Assembly (NCBI GenBank): GCA_963812035.1
Contig: CAWETG010000001.1
Location: 132,590-196,589, forward strand
Length of the DNA: 64,000 nt
Source of the DNA: an uncultured Gemmatimonadales bacterium
Lineage (GTDB): Bacteria; Gemmatimonadota; Gemmatimonadetes; Gemmatimonadales; JACORV01
Reading direction: 5' to 3'
Shown: positions 36,767 to 45,093 of the stretch, in pieces
Layout of the letters: every line of letters starts with the position of its first letter
How positions within the stretch are numbered: position 1 is the first letter of the stretch
The notes under the pieces: model-generated
Told to the model about the DNA's origin: nothing
What the model saw: the letters and a program-made list of their open reading frames with translations, nothing else
The model's database searches: none
Translations under genes and position numbers: made by a program

Positions 36767-36809
36767 CTCTGGCAACTGGAAACCACTGACGACTTGGCGT
36801 CTCGCAACC
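36767..36809. repeat. Partial TTGCGAGAC-family copy between ffs and dnaX
   Basis: tctggcaactggaaaccactgacgacttggcgtctcgcaacc resembles the right arm gaaaccactcgcaactccgcgtctcgcaact at 37113-37143. Confidence 0.55.
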
Positions 36810-36860
36810 GCTCTGCTCACCGCCGTCTGCTGTCTGCGTTCTATACTGGTATTGAGGAAT

Positions 36861-36963
36861 GGTGCCCCAGGCTACCCGCCGCGACGCGAGACATCACTTA
36901 GCGCTGCTGCCTTCGGGGCTCTGACGCGGTTCGTGCGCTCTCGCCCGTCGGACCTGGGGCACC
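36861..36963 (-). ncRNA. ffs: Signal recognition particle RNA (small bacterial 4.5S type)
   Basis: Minus strand GGUGCCCCAGG...CGCGUCAGAGCCCCGAAGGCAGCAGCGC...CCUGGGGCACC. 11-bp closing helix, and helix-8-like GUCAG..GAAGGCAGCAGC comparable to E. coli GUCAGGUCCGGAAGGAAGCAGC. Lies directly upstream of dnaX-ybaB-recR, a common synteny. Ends approximate. Confidence 0.7.
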
Positions 36964-36994
36964 CCCAAGGTAGCATGCCCACATCTTGGATACC

Positions 36995-37143
36995 AGTTGC
37001 GAGACGCGGAGTTGCGAGTGGTTACGAGATGCAAGCGGCGAGCAACAGAACCTGCCCCGCGGCTCGCTTTGCCGGCCCCGGGGCAAGTTCTCTTTCCGAA
37101 ACCTGAGCTCTCGAAACCACTCGCAACTCCGCGTCTCGCAACT
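36995..37143. repeat. 149-bp element with perfect 29-bp terminal inverted repeats built from TTGCGAGAC units
   Basis: agttgcgagacgcggagttgcgagtggtt (36995-37023) is the exact reverse complement of aaccactcgcaactccgcgtctcgcaact (37115-37143). Extends to 34 bp with 1 mismatch. Confidence 0.85.
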
Positions 37144-37165
37144 CCACTCAGTACTGGCAGCCTCC

Positions 37166-38194
37166 TTACCGGAGCACCTCCGCGATGATCCCGATCGCCC
37201 GCTCGATATCCGCCGCGTTGACGTCGAGGTGCGTGATTGCCCGCAGCCGCTTCGGCCCGAACGCCGTCACCAGCACACCGCGCTCGGCCAGCTTCGGGAT
37301 CACTGCGTCGGCCATGTCCCGCTCGCGCACGAGGTCGAGCATCAGGATGTTGCTCTCCGGCGCCAGCGGCCGTACCGCAGGATGCCCGTCGAGCCCGCGG
37401 GCGAGCCGCTTCGCGTTGGCATGGTCCTCGCCGAGCCGCGTGAGGTTGTGGTCCAGGGCGTACAGCCCGGCCGCGGTGAGAATCCCGGACTGGCGCATGC
37501 CGCCGCCAAAGCGCTTGCGGATCTCCCATACGTCGGCCAAGGCAGCCTTCGGGAACGCCAGGCACGAGCCGATGGGGCAGCCCAGTCCCTTCGACAGGCT
37601 CACCATCACCGTGTCGGCGGGCGCCGCCAGCCGCGCGGGCTCGATGCCGAGGGCCGCGGCGGCGTTCCACAGCCGCGCGCCGTCGAGGTGGAGCGGGAGC
37701 TTCACCTCCCGGGCCAGCTTGCCGATGGCCTCGGCCACGGCGACCGGCATCACCTTCCCGCCCGCCGCGTTGTGCGTGTTCTCGATCGCCATCGCCGAAA
37801 CCCGCGGGTAGTGCGGCGACGCGGGCCGCAGCGCCGCCCTGAGCAGCTCGGCCGTCAGCACACCGTCCGTCGTCTGCACCGGACGCACCTGCACGCCCGA
37901 ATTCGCCGCCACGCCCGCGATCTCGTAGGTCAGGATGTGTGCATTGGCCTCGAGCAGCAGCTCCGTCCCCGGGCGCGTCAGCAGCCGGATCCCGCTCTGG
38001 TTGGCCTGGGTGCCGCTCGGGAAGAAGAGCGCCGCCTCCTTGCCCAGCAGCGCGGCCACGCGCTCCTCGAGCCGCAGGGTGGTGGGATCGTGGTCCAGGA
38101 CGTCGTCGCCGACCTCGGCCTCGGCGATGGCCCGGCGCATCGCCGCCGAGGGGCGGGTGACCGTATCGCTGCGGAGGTCTATGGGCGTGGACAT
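37166..38194 (-). CDS. ltaE: Low-specificity L-threonine aldolase
   Basis: Frame of ORF 37166..38242, ATG 38194. IDLRSDTVTRPSAAMRRAIAEAEVGDDV...FFPSGTQANQ...ENTHNAAGG. Confidence 0.8.
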   Translation of the reverse strand: MSTPIDLRSDTVTRPSAAMRRAIAEAEVGDDVLDHDPTTLRLEERVAALLGKEAALFFPSGTQANQSGIRLLTRPGTELLLEANAHILTYEIAGVAANSGVQVRPVQTTDGVLTAELLRAALRPASPHYPRVSAMAIENTHNAAGGKVMPVAVAEAIGKLAREVKLPLHLDGARLWNAAAALGIEPARLAAPADTVMVSLSKGLGCPIGSCLAFPKAALADVWEIRKRFGGGMRQSGILTAAGLYALDHNLTRLGEDHANAKRLARGLDGHPAVRPLAPESNILMLDLVRERDMADAVIPKLAERGVLVTAFGPKRLRAITHLDVNAADIERAIGIIAEVLR

Positions 38195-38204
38195 GAGGAC
38201 ACCC

Positions 38205-38245
38205 AGGCTGGAGGGCACGGGGGCACAGGGGCACGGGGGCACGGG
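38205..38245. repeat. GGGGCACG octamer-type repeats in the ltaE upstream region
   Basis: gagggcacgggggcacaggggcacgggggcacgggagcgg. Same unit as inside cinA (31270-31345), in opposite orientation on the plus strand. Coordinates within about 3 nt. Confidence 0.7.
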
Positions 38246-38263
38246 AGCGGCATGGACGGGCTC

Positions 38264-39145
38264 CTAGCCAAGGACGGCGCGCTGGGCCGCTTGCCGCCGC
38301 CGCAGCTCGTAGACTTGGGCGATCTGGCCGCCGATCAGGAAGACGAACGTCATGTAGTACACCCAGCCCACGAACAGGAGAATCGCCCCCAGCGTCCGGT
38401 CGCTCACCAGTTGATCGGGCCGCACGAAGTTCCGGAAGTAGAAGCTCAGCGCTTCCTTGGCGATCTCGAACCCGACCGCGCACGCCAGGGCGGCCACCAG
38501 CGCCGTGTCCCAGCGCACGCGGTGCGACGGCGCGTACTTGAAGACCATCATGAACAGGACGATCAGGAACGCGAAGGCCAGGATCTGGGCACCGAAGAAC
38601 CCGACGAAGCCGATGTGTCCCTCGGCGTCGAGCAGACCATCGCTCAGGAGGGTGTTGGCGGCAAACAGCAGCCCCGTGGCGCAGACCAAGCCGGCGTCGT
38701 ACACCTTGCCCCGCAGGAAGGACCGCGTCTCCGGGGTGTCGAACACCTCGCACAGCGCGGCCCGCAGCGAGCCGAACAGCCGGGTCGCGAAGAACAGGAA
38801 CAACGGGAAGCCCACCAGGGTCAGCTTACCGCGCGAGCGCACCACGGTCTCGGCCAGGCGGAGGATGGGCGCGAACGGGTCGGCACCCTGCTGCGGCCCG
38901 TAGCTCGGCAGCAGCTGCCGCAGGTATGCCGCCACGTCGAGTTGCGAGGCGGAGGCCCTGGCGTTGAGGACGTAGCCGGCCAGGGCAAGCACCACGAATG
39001 CGAACGGAATGGCCGCGAGCAGGGCGTCGAAGGCGAGTCCGCTGGCGAGGAACGGGACGTTCGCCTCCATCGCGCCCTCGTACACCCGGCGGACGAAGTT
39101 GCGTACGTCATGCCAGACGAAGATCCAGCGCCGCCGCCGGTCCAC
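38264..39145 (-). CDS. YihY/BrkB-family inner membrane protein
   Basis: ORF 38264..39145. FLASGLAFDALLAAIPF and multi-TM profile. Confidence 0.75.
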   Translation of the reverse strand: MDRRRRWIFVWHDVRNFVRRVYEGAMEANVPFLASGLAFDALLAAIPFAFVVLALAGYVLNARASASQLDVAAYLRQLLPSYGPQQGADPFAPILRLAETVVRSRGKLTLVGFPLFLFFATRLFGSLRAALCEVFDTPETRSFLRGKVYDAGLVCATGLLFAANTLLSDGLLDAEGHIGFVGFFGAQILAFAFLIVLFMMVFKYAPSHRVRWDTALVAALACAVGFEIAKEALSFYFRNFVRPDQLVSDRTLGAILLFVGWVYYMTFVFLIGGQIAQVYELRRRQAAQRAVLG

Positions 39146-39158
39146 CGCGACAGCCGGG

Positions 39159-39584
39159 TTAGGCGCCCGGATCCTCGTCCGGCGCCTGGCGGGCCGCCCG
39201 GCGCGCCTCGCGCGAGTCGGCGAGCCGCCGCTCCAGCTCCTCGCGTGCGCTCTGCGCCACGTCGCGGCCGGCTTCGACCACGTCCCGCGCGGTCTGGCGT
39301 CCTTCCTTCACGCTGCGCTTCGCGCTCTCGAGGCCTTCCTCCACCCGGGCGCGGGCCTCTTCGTAGCGCCCCGCCACCAGGTCCTCCAGCTCGTCCACCT
39401 TCTGCGACGCGAGGTCCTTGAGCTTCCGGGAGCGCGAGGCGAGATCGGCGCGCAGCTCCTCGCCGCTCATCGGCGCGAACAGCAGTCCCAGGGCGGCGCC
39501 GACCGCCAGCCCCCACAGGAAGGGCACCACCGGCGAGCCATGCCGTTCCACCACCTCGTCGTCGTCATCATCGTGCCGCGCCAT
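39159..39584 (-). CDS. YtxH-domain protein
   Basis: ORF 39159..39584. GLAVGAALGLLFAPMSGEELR followed by a charged helical region. Confidence 0.7.
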   Translation of the reverse strand: MARHDDDDDEVVERHGSPVVPFLWGLAVGAALGLLFAPMSGEELRADLASRSRKLKDLASQKVDELEDLVAGRYEEARARVEEGLESAKRSVKEGRQTARDVVEAGRDVAQSAREELERRLADSREARRAARQAPDEDPGA

Positions 39585-39594
39585 GGTCCCCTCC

Positions 39595-41016
39595 CTATTC
39601 GCCGGCTTCGGCGTCGTCCGGCGCCGCGCTCATCGCGGCGGCGGGCTCCGTGCGGTGGATCACCGGCGCCTTCACGTGCCGGGCGACCAGCTCCGCGCTG
39701 TCCTTGACCTTGAGCGTCTCGAGCAGGAAGACGAACTGCTCCTCCAGCGCGGCGCCGAGCGCCGAGCGCACCACGTCGGGCAGCGCCCACCAGTCCTTCT
39801 TGAACGGGCCAAGCGCCTTCTTGCGCGTCTTGTAGAAGAACTGCTCGTCCGTCTCCCCGGCCTTGCGCTCGTTGGCCGCGTTGTCGCGCAGCCAGTCGTA
39901 GAGCTTCGCCTTGAACGCGGCCGGCGTGGCCTGGTGGTCGAACAGCAGGCTCTGGAACGCGGTCGCGAGGTGGATTTCCGCCGTCTCCACCTCGGGGAAC
40001 TTCCCGAAGGCGGAATTGGGCAGCGTCGAGGCGCCGTGCTGAACCGCGCCCGCCATCGCGTACCGCTCCCGCGCGTCGCGGGAGAGCAGCCGCAGCGTCT
40101 CGAAATCGATTTTCACGGTCGCGATCGAACCGTCGGGGAGCACCACCCCGCCGTGGCTCGTCCCAGTCTGCACGCTGATCTTGGAGATGCCGGTCAGGCC
40201 GGCGCCGCGCGCGGCGAGCGCCTTGCGGTAGCCGTCCATGAACGCGTGCTGCTCTTCGATGGTGCTGTTCTTGCCGCCCACCTCGCCGATCTCCGCGCCG
40301 ACGGAGATAGTGACGCCCTTCGGCTCCTCGCGGCGAATCGCCTCCGTCAGCTCCGCGGCGCGCTCGTAGTTCACGCGCTGCTGCGAGTCGAGCGTCGGCT
40401 GCGAGAGGTCCACCAGCGTCGAGGTGTCCACGTCGATGTTGTAGAAGCCGGCCGCGACCGCCTCCTTGATCAGGGCCTTCACCCCGCCGACCTCGCCCTC
40501 CGGATCGGACGCGTACTTCTTGGCGTTGATCTGGAAGTGGTCGCCCTGCACGAACAGCGGGCCGCGGAAGCCCTCGCGCAGCGCCGCGGCCAGCAGCACC
40601 GCCACGTACTCCGTCGGGCGCTGGTCGGTGTACGCCATCTCGGAGCGGGCGATCTCGATGAGGAAGGCGCCCGCCTTGAGGCTCCGCGCCGCGCGGAACA
40701 GCGCGCGCGCCGAGTCGTACACCAGGCCGCGGATGTTGATGGCGGGAACGGTGAAGCCGTGAATGGCCCCGCGCCCCCGCGCCATGTAGAAGTCGTGGAT
40801 GGAGGCCGGCCGGACGCCCACCACCTGGCCGATCTCCCACAGCAGCCACCGCGCGGCGTCCCGGGCCGCCGCGTCGCCGAAGACGGCGGTCCAGGCGAGC
40901 TGGTCGGTGGCCGGGCCGGTCAGGGCGTTGGGTCGGGGGACCTCGACCTTCCCGGCGGCGTTCAGGGTCACGGAACCGGCGAAAGGCGCGAGCAGCTTGA
41001 GGGCGATCTCCTGCAT
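39595..41016 (-). CDS. Class II fructose-bisphosphate aldolase family protein (long form)
   Basis: ORF 39595..41016. FTVPAINIRG, LFVQGDHFQ, GTSHGG. Exact substrate not assignable. Confidence 0.7.
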   Translation of the reverse strand: MQEIALKLLAPFAGSVTLNAAGKVEVPRPNALTGPATDQLAWTAVFGDAAARDAARWLLWEIGQVVGVRPASIHDFYMARGRGAIHGFTVPAINIRGLVYDSARALFRAARSLKAGAFLIEIARSEMAYTDQRPTEYVAVLLAAALREGFRGPLFVQGDHFQINAKKYASDPEGEVGGVKALIKEAVAAGFYNIDVDTSTLVDLSQPTLDSQQRVNYERAAELTEAIRREEPKGVTISVGAEIGEVGGKNSTIEEQHAFMDGYRKALAARGAGLTGISKISVQTGTSHGGVVLPDGSIATVKIDFETLRLLSRDARERYAMAGAVQHGASTLPNSAFGKFPEVETAEIHLATAFQSLLFDHQATPAAFKAKLYDWLRDNAANERKAGETDEQFFYKTRKKALGPFKKDWWALPDVVRSALGAALEEQFVFLLETLKVKDSAELVARHVKAPVIHRTEPAAAMSAAPDDAEAGE

Positions 41017-41191
41017 GACGGCTCCCGAAAAACGAGGTTAGAGGAGGTCAGACATCGAAATGTATGGACCCCGCACAGGCGCGTCAAAACGCAGTCATCA
41101 CGCCGGCGGTCGCAGGTTGCCCGGTCCGCTCCCCGCGGCCAGATTCCGCGCTCGGCCCCCGTCACCGCCCCACCTCCAGGATGGCCGGACC

Positions 41192-41569
41192 ATGAGCGAC
41201 ACACCCAGGTTCCCGTACGCCACGCACCTCAACGTCCTGCACGGCCCGCTGGAGCAGATCGACCTGCAGGCGCTGGTGGACGCGTGCCGCGACCCCTGGT
41301 ACAACCAGACGCTGTGCCAGGTGAACGACGCCGTGGTGCGCCTCGGAGTGGTGCAGGGGGAATACCACTGGCACCAGCACGACGAGGAGGACGAGTTCTT
41401 CTACGTCGTGTCGGGACGGCTGCTGGTGGACCTCGAGGGGCGCACGATGGAGCTGGGGCCCCGTCAGGGCGTCGTAGTCCCGCGCGGCGTGCGGCATCGC
41501 ACCCGCGCCCCGGAGCCGACGGTGATGCTGATGGTCGAGCGCGCGACCATCGTGCCGACGGGGAGCTGA
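41192..41569 (+). CDS. Cupin-domain protein
   Basis: Frame of ORF 41060..41569, ATG 41192. GEYHWHQHDEEDEFFYVVSGRLLVDL...VVVPRGVRHR. Confidence 0.7.
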   Translation: MSDTPRFPYATHLNVLHGPLEQIDLQALVDACRDPWYNQTLCQVNDAVVRLGVVQGEYHWHQHDEEDEFFYVVSGRLLVDLEGRTMELGPRQGVVVPRGVRHRTRAPEPTVMLMVERATIVPTGS

Positions 41570-41571
41570 GC

Positions 41572-41970
41572 GTGACGCGATCGCGAGGGGCCCCGGCGCG
41601 CGTGCTCGAGTATCGCCTTCCCGGCGAATGGACGGTGCTGGTCGGGCGCTCGGACACCGACAACGACCGGCTGAGCATCAAGCTCTCGCGCAATGACGAC
41701 TGGTGGTTCCACGTGCGCGGCATGCCCGGCAGTCACGTGATACTCCGCGGCCCCGAGGGTGCGGAGCCCGATCGGGAGATGCTCGAACGCGCGGCGGCGA
41801 TCGCCGCCTACCACAGCAAAGCGCGAGAAGCCGGCGTGGTGGCGGTGTCCTGCACCCGCGCCCGGTACGTCACCAAGCCGCGCGGCGCGAAGGCAGGAAC
41901 GGTGCAGATCAGCAGGGAGAAGGTGCTCAAGGTCCGGCCTGGAATCCCCGCAGCCCTGCCGGAGGCCTGA
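41572..41970 (+). CDS. DUF814 / NFACT RNA-binding-domain protein
   Basis: Tail of ORF 39418..41970. GTG 41572 lies 2 nt after the cupin stop. VLVGRSDTDNDRLSIKLSRNDDWWFHVRGMPGSHVIL. Confidence 0.7.
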   Translation: MTRSRGAPARVLEYRLPGEWTVLVGRSDTDNDRLSIKLSRNDDWWFHVRGMPGSHVILRGPEGAEPDREMLERAAAIAAYHSKAREAGVVAVSCTRARYVTKPRGAKAGTVQISREKVLKVRPGIPAALPEA

Positions 41971-41988
41971 GGCTCCACTGTCGCCGCG

Positions 41989-42771
41989 CTAGGCGCCTTC
42001 GCAGTCCACCACCAGCCCATCGTACGCCGGCTCGATGCCGGGCGGCAGCTCGGCCAGGAGCGCCGCGTGGCCCGTCTCGTGGGTGAGGTGGGTCAGGTAG
42101 CTGCGCTTGGCTCCGATCGCCCGCGCCGTCTCCACCGCCTCCGGTATAGAGAGGTGCGTGGGATGCGACCGGTGGAACAGGGCGTTCAACACCAGCACGT
42201 CGAGCCCCGCCAGGGCCGTGCGCTCAGGCGCCGGCACTTCCTTCACGTCGGTGAGGTACGCCAGCGGGCCGAACCGGAAGCCGAGCACAATGCTTGGGCC
42301 GTGCGAGAAGCCGAGCGGCAACACCGAGACTCCCGCAATGGCAGTTTGGACACCCGGCTCGAGCACCGTCGTCGTCACGTCGGGTCGCGACGAGCCGGGA
42401 ATGGGCTTCGCCAGCGGATCGAAGATGTAGCCGAATTTCCGCCGCATCCGCTCCAGCGCGTCGGCCGGCCCGTAGATCGGCACCGTGCCGCGATGCTGGC
42501 CGCTCAGCGCCCGCAGGTCGTCGATGCCGTGCGTGTGGTCGGCGTGATCGTGGGTGTACAGCACCGCGTCCACCGAGCCGATCCCGGCGGCCAGCATCGC
42601 CAAGCGCAGCTCCGTCGGCGTGTCGACCAGGATCGTGGCCCCGCCCGACTGCACGACCACCCCGCAGCGGTTGCGCTTGTCCCTGGGGTCGGTCGAGCGG
42701 CACACCGGGCACGGGCACCCGATCTGCGGGATGCCGAACGAGGTCCCCGTCCCGAGGAAGGTGAGTCGCAC
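41989..42771 (-). CDS. MBL-fold metallo-hydrolase (PhnP-like)
   Basis: Frame of ORF 41989..43164. GTG 42771 lies 2 nt after the pyk stop. LTFLGTGTSFGIPQIGCPCPVC and the HxHxDH motif YTHDHADHTHG. Confidence 0.75.
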   Translation of the reverse strand: MRLTFLGTGTSFGIPQIGCPCPVCRSTDPRDKRNRCGVVVQSGGATILVDTPTELRLAMLAAGIGSVDAVLYTHDHADHTHGIDDLRALSGQHRGTVPIYGPADALERMRRKFGYIFDPLAKPIPGSSRPDVTTTVLEPGVQTAIAGVSVLPLGFSHGPSIVLGFRFGPLAYLTDVKEVPAPERTALAGLDVLVLNALFHRSHPTHLSIPEAVETARAIGAKRSYLTHLTHETGHAALLAELPPGIEPAYDGLVVDCEGA

Positions 42772-42773
42772 CG

Positions 42774-44180
42774 CTACACCTCTTCGACCTTGACGAGGTT
42801 GGTTGTGCCCGGCACGTCGAACGGCACCCCCGCCGTCACCACCACGCGATCCCCCCGCTTCGCCAAGCCCTGCTCCAAGATCCGCCCGCGCGCCGCGTCG
42901 AGCATGGCGTCGTACTGCGGCGGGCCGTCGGCCAGCATCGGTATCACACCCCACACCAGCGCCAGCTGCCGGAACGTCGGGCCATTGTCGGTCACCGCGA
43001 GGATCGGCACCGCGGGCCGGCTCGCCGCCACCATCCGCGCACTGAACCCACTCTTGGTGAAGGTCACGATGACCGGGGCACGGAGCATCTTCGCCGCGGC
43101 GACCGCGGCGGCCGCTACCGCGTGCTCGGTCCGCGCCGGGGCGTCGGCGCGCCCGTCGAGCCACTCCGGGCCGGGCCGCCAGTGCGCATCGCCCTCGACC
43201 GCGCGAATGATGCGGTCCATCGCTTCCACCGCCCCCGTCGGATGGTCCCCGACCGCCGTTTCCGCGGACAGCATCACCGCATCGGTGCCGTCGAGGATGG
43301 CGTTGGCCACGTCGGAGGCCTCGGCCCGGGTGGGACGCGGGTTGTGGATCATCGATTCGAGCATCTGCGTGGCGGTGATGACCGGGCGGCGGTGCTCGAC
43401 GGCCACGCGGATCACCCGCTTCTGAGCGAGCGGCACCAGCTCGAACGACAGCTCAACCCCGAGATCGCCGCGCGCGACCATCACGGCGTCGCTGGCGTCG
43501 GTGATGCGTTCGAGGTCGCCGAGGGCGGTGTCCTTCTCGATCTTGGCGACGATGCGGACGGTGGCCGGCAACAGCGCGCGCAGCGCCGCGACATCCTCCG
43601 CCTTCCGCACGAACGACAGCGCGAGGTACTCCACGCCGTGCTCGAGGGCGAACGCGACGTCGGCGCGGTCCTTCTCGGTCAGCGCGGGCGCCGAGACCGC
43701 CACGCCCGGGAGGTTGATGCCCTTGTGGCTGGTCAGCTCGCCGCCGTCCTTGACCCGCGCCTCGACGCGGGGAGGGCGCACCGCGACCACGTCCAGCTCC
43801 ATGAGCCCGTCGGCCAGGAGAATCCGCGTGCCTTCCCGGACGTCCGCCGCGAGATCGTAGGTGGTGGGGATGTCACCGGCGCCCGCCGCCCCCTCCGGCG
43901 CGAAGCAGACGGTGCGCCCCGGCACCAGCACCACCGGCGCCGCGAGGGCGCCCACGCGGATCCGCGGGCCCTGGAGATCGAGCAGCACGGCGACCGGCTT
44001 GCCGGCCTGGGCCGACGCCGCGCGCGTCGCGGCGATGAGCGACGCGTGCTGCTCCGGAGTGCCGTGCGATGCGTTGACCCGGGCCACGTCGAGTCCGGCG
44101 GCGATCAGCGCGGCAACCTGCTCCCGCGACGACGTGGCGGGCCCGAGCGTGGCCACGATCTTGGTGCGGCGGATGTTCAC
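42774..44180 (-). CDS. pyk: Pyruvate kinase
   Basis: Frame of ORF 42774..44363. GTG 44180 preceded by gagggag. RRTKIVATLGPATSS, NASHG, MVARGDLGVE. Confidence 0.9.
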   Translation of the reverse strand: MNIRRTKIVATLGPATSSREQVAALIAAGLDVARVNASHGTPEQHASLIAATRAASAQAGKPVAVLLDLQGPRIRVGALAAPVVLVPGRTVCFAPEGAAGAGDIPTTYDLAADVREGTRILLADGLMELDVVAVRPPRVEARVKDGGELTSHKGINLPGVAVSAPALTEKDRADVAFALEHGVEYLALSFVRKAEDVAALRALLPATVRIVAKIEKDTALGDLERITDASDAVMVARGDLGVELSFELVPLAQKRVIRVAVEHRRPVITATQMLESMIHNPRPTRAEASDVANAILDGTDAVMLSAETAVGDHPTGAVEAMDRIIRAVEGDAHWRPGPEWLDGRADAPARTEHAVAAAAVAAAKMLRAPVIVTFTKSGFSARMVAASRPAVPILAVTDNGPTFRQLALVWGVIPMLADGPPQYDAMLDAARGRILEQGLAKRGDRVVVTAGVPFDVPGTTNLVKVEEV

Positions 44181-44202
44181 GCGCGCTCCCTCGCTGGCGC
44201 TT

Positions 44203-44475
44203 TCAGCCGCCGGCCTTCTTGTGGCGGGCACGGCGCTTGACCGCGTCGAGCGGAACACCCCGCCCGGCCGCCAGGTCCGCCCGTGCCTCCGCCACCCGGC
44301 GCAAGAACTCGGGATGGTGTTCGAGGCGATACTCAAACCAGTCCTCCTCGCCGTGAAAGCCAATGAGGACCGCCGCGGGCTGCCCGTGCCGCGTGATCAC
44401 GATTTCCTCGCGCTCCGCCTGTCGCAGATAGCGCGAGAGATCGTCCTTAACCTTCGCCAGCGCGACCGCCTTCAT
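44203..44475 (-). CDS. Phd/YefM-family type II antitoxin
   Basis: ORF 44203..44475. MKAVALAKVKDDLSRYLRQAEREEIVITRHGQPAAVLIGF. Confidence 0.8.
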   Translation of the reverse strand: MKAVALAKVKDDLSRYLRQAEREEIVITRHGQPAAVLIGFHGEEDWFEYRLEHHPEFLRRVAEARADLAAGRGVPLDAVKRRARHKKAGG

Positions 44476-44764
44476 CGGCCACCCCCTTCTTCTCGAGCCA
44501 GGCCTGCGCCTCGGCCTTCGTGACGATGGCCAGCACCTGAACCTCCGTGGCGGTCACATCATAGAAGACGCGAATCTCGCCCACTCGAAGCCGGTACTGT
44601 GGCCGACTCAGGCCCCGGAGGCGCTTGATGCGGCTCCTCGACACCTGGGCCGGCTCATGGCGCAGATGCGTTTCGAGCGCATCGCCAAGCTCCCCGCGCC
44701 GCCGGGCCGACAACGCCCGGAAGGCCATGGCTACGTTTGGAGCCAGGACGATCTCGTAACGCAT
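44447..44764 (-). CDS. RelE/ParE-family type II toxin
   Basis: Tail of ORF 44447..45100, ATG 44764. KRLRGLSRPQYRLRVGEIRVFYDVTATEVQVLAIVTK. Overlaps the downstream antitoxin gene by 29 nt. Confidence 0.75.
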   Translation of the reverse strand: MRYEIVLAPNVAMAFRALSARRRGELGDALETHLRHEPAQVSRSRIKRLRGLSRPQYRLRVGEIRVFYDVTATEVQVLAIVTKAEAQAWLEKKGVADEGGRAGEG

Positions 44765-44847
44765 TCTGGCTACAATATAGCCAGAATAAGGTCGCTGCGC
44801 CACGTCCCGGCCAAGGGTCCCGCTCCGAGCGTGGCGAGACGAGAGAG

Positions 44848-44882
44848 GAGCTCCACCCCCAGTCTCACCAGCCGCGGCGGGC
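44848..44882. repeat. Orphan copy of the TonB-receptor 3' terminus (direct repeat, left)
   Basis: gagctccacccccagtctcaccagccgcggcgggc is 33/35 identical to 47723-47757. On the minus strand it would encode PPRLVRLGVEL, with a stop 6 codons upstream, so no remaining gene body. Confidence 0.85.
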
Positions 44883-45093
44883 TCCGGCAGACGTCTCACC
44901 ACGAACATCGGCCGGCAGAGCAGCCAGTCACACCTTGCGATGATGCTCGACAGCGCATTCAACCGGCTGCTATCATTGCGATTGTCGCGCTCAGCAGCAG
45001 GCTGAGCGATCGGCCTCGAACAACTCACGGCTGAGGCGCCAGCCGCGGCCGGATGAGCCGGCTGGAGCGCCGGCGCCGTGAAGGAGGAGTTGG

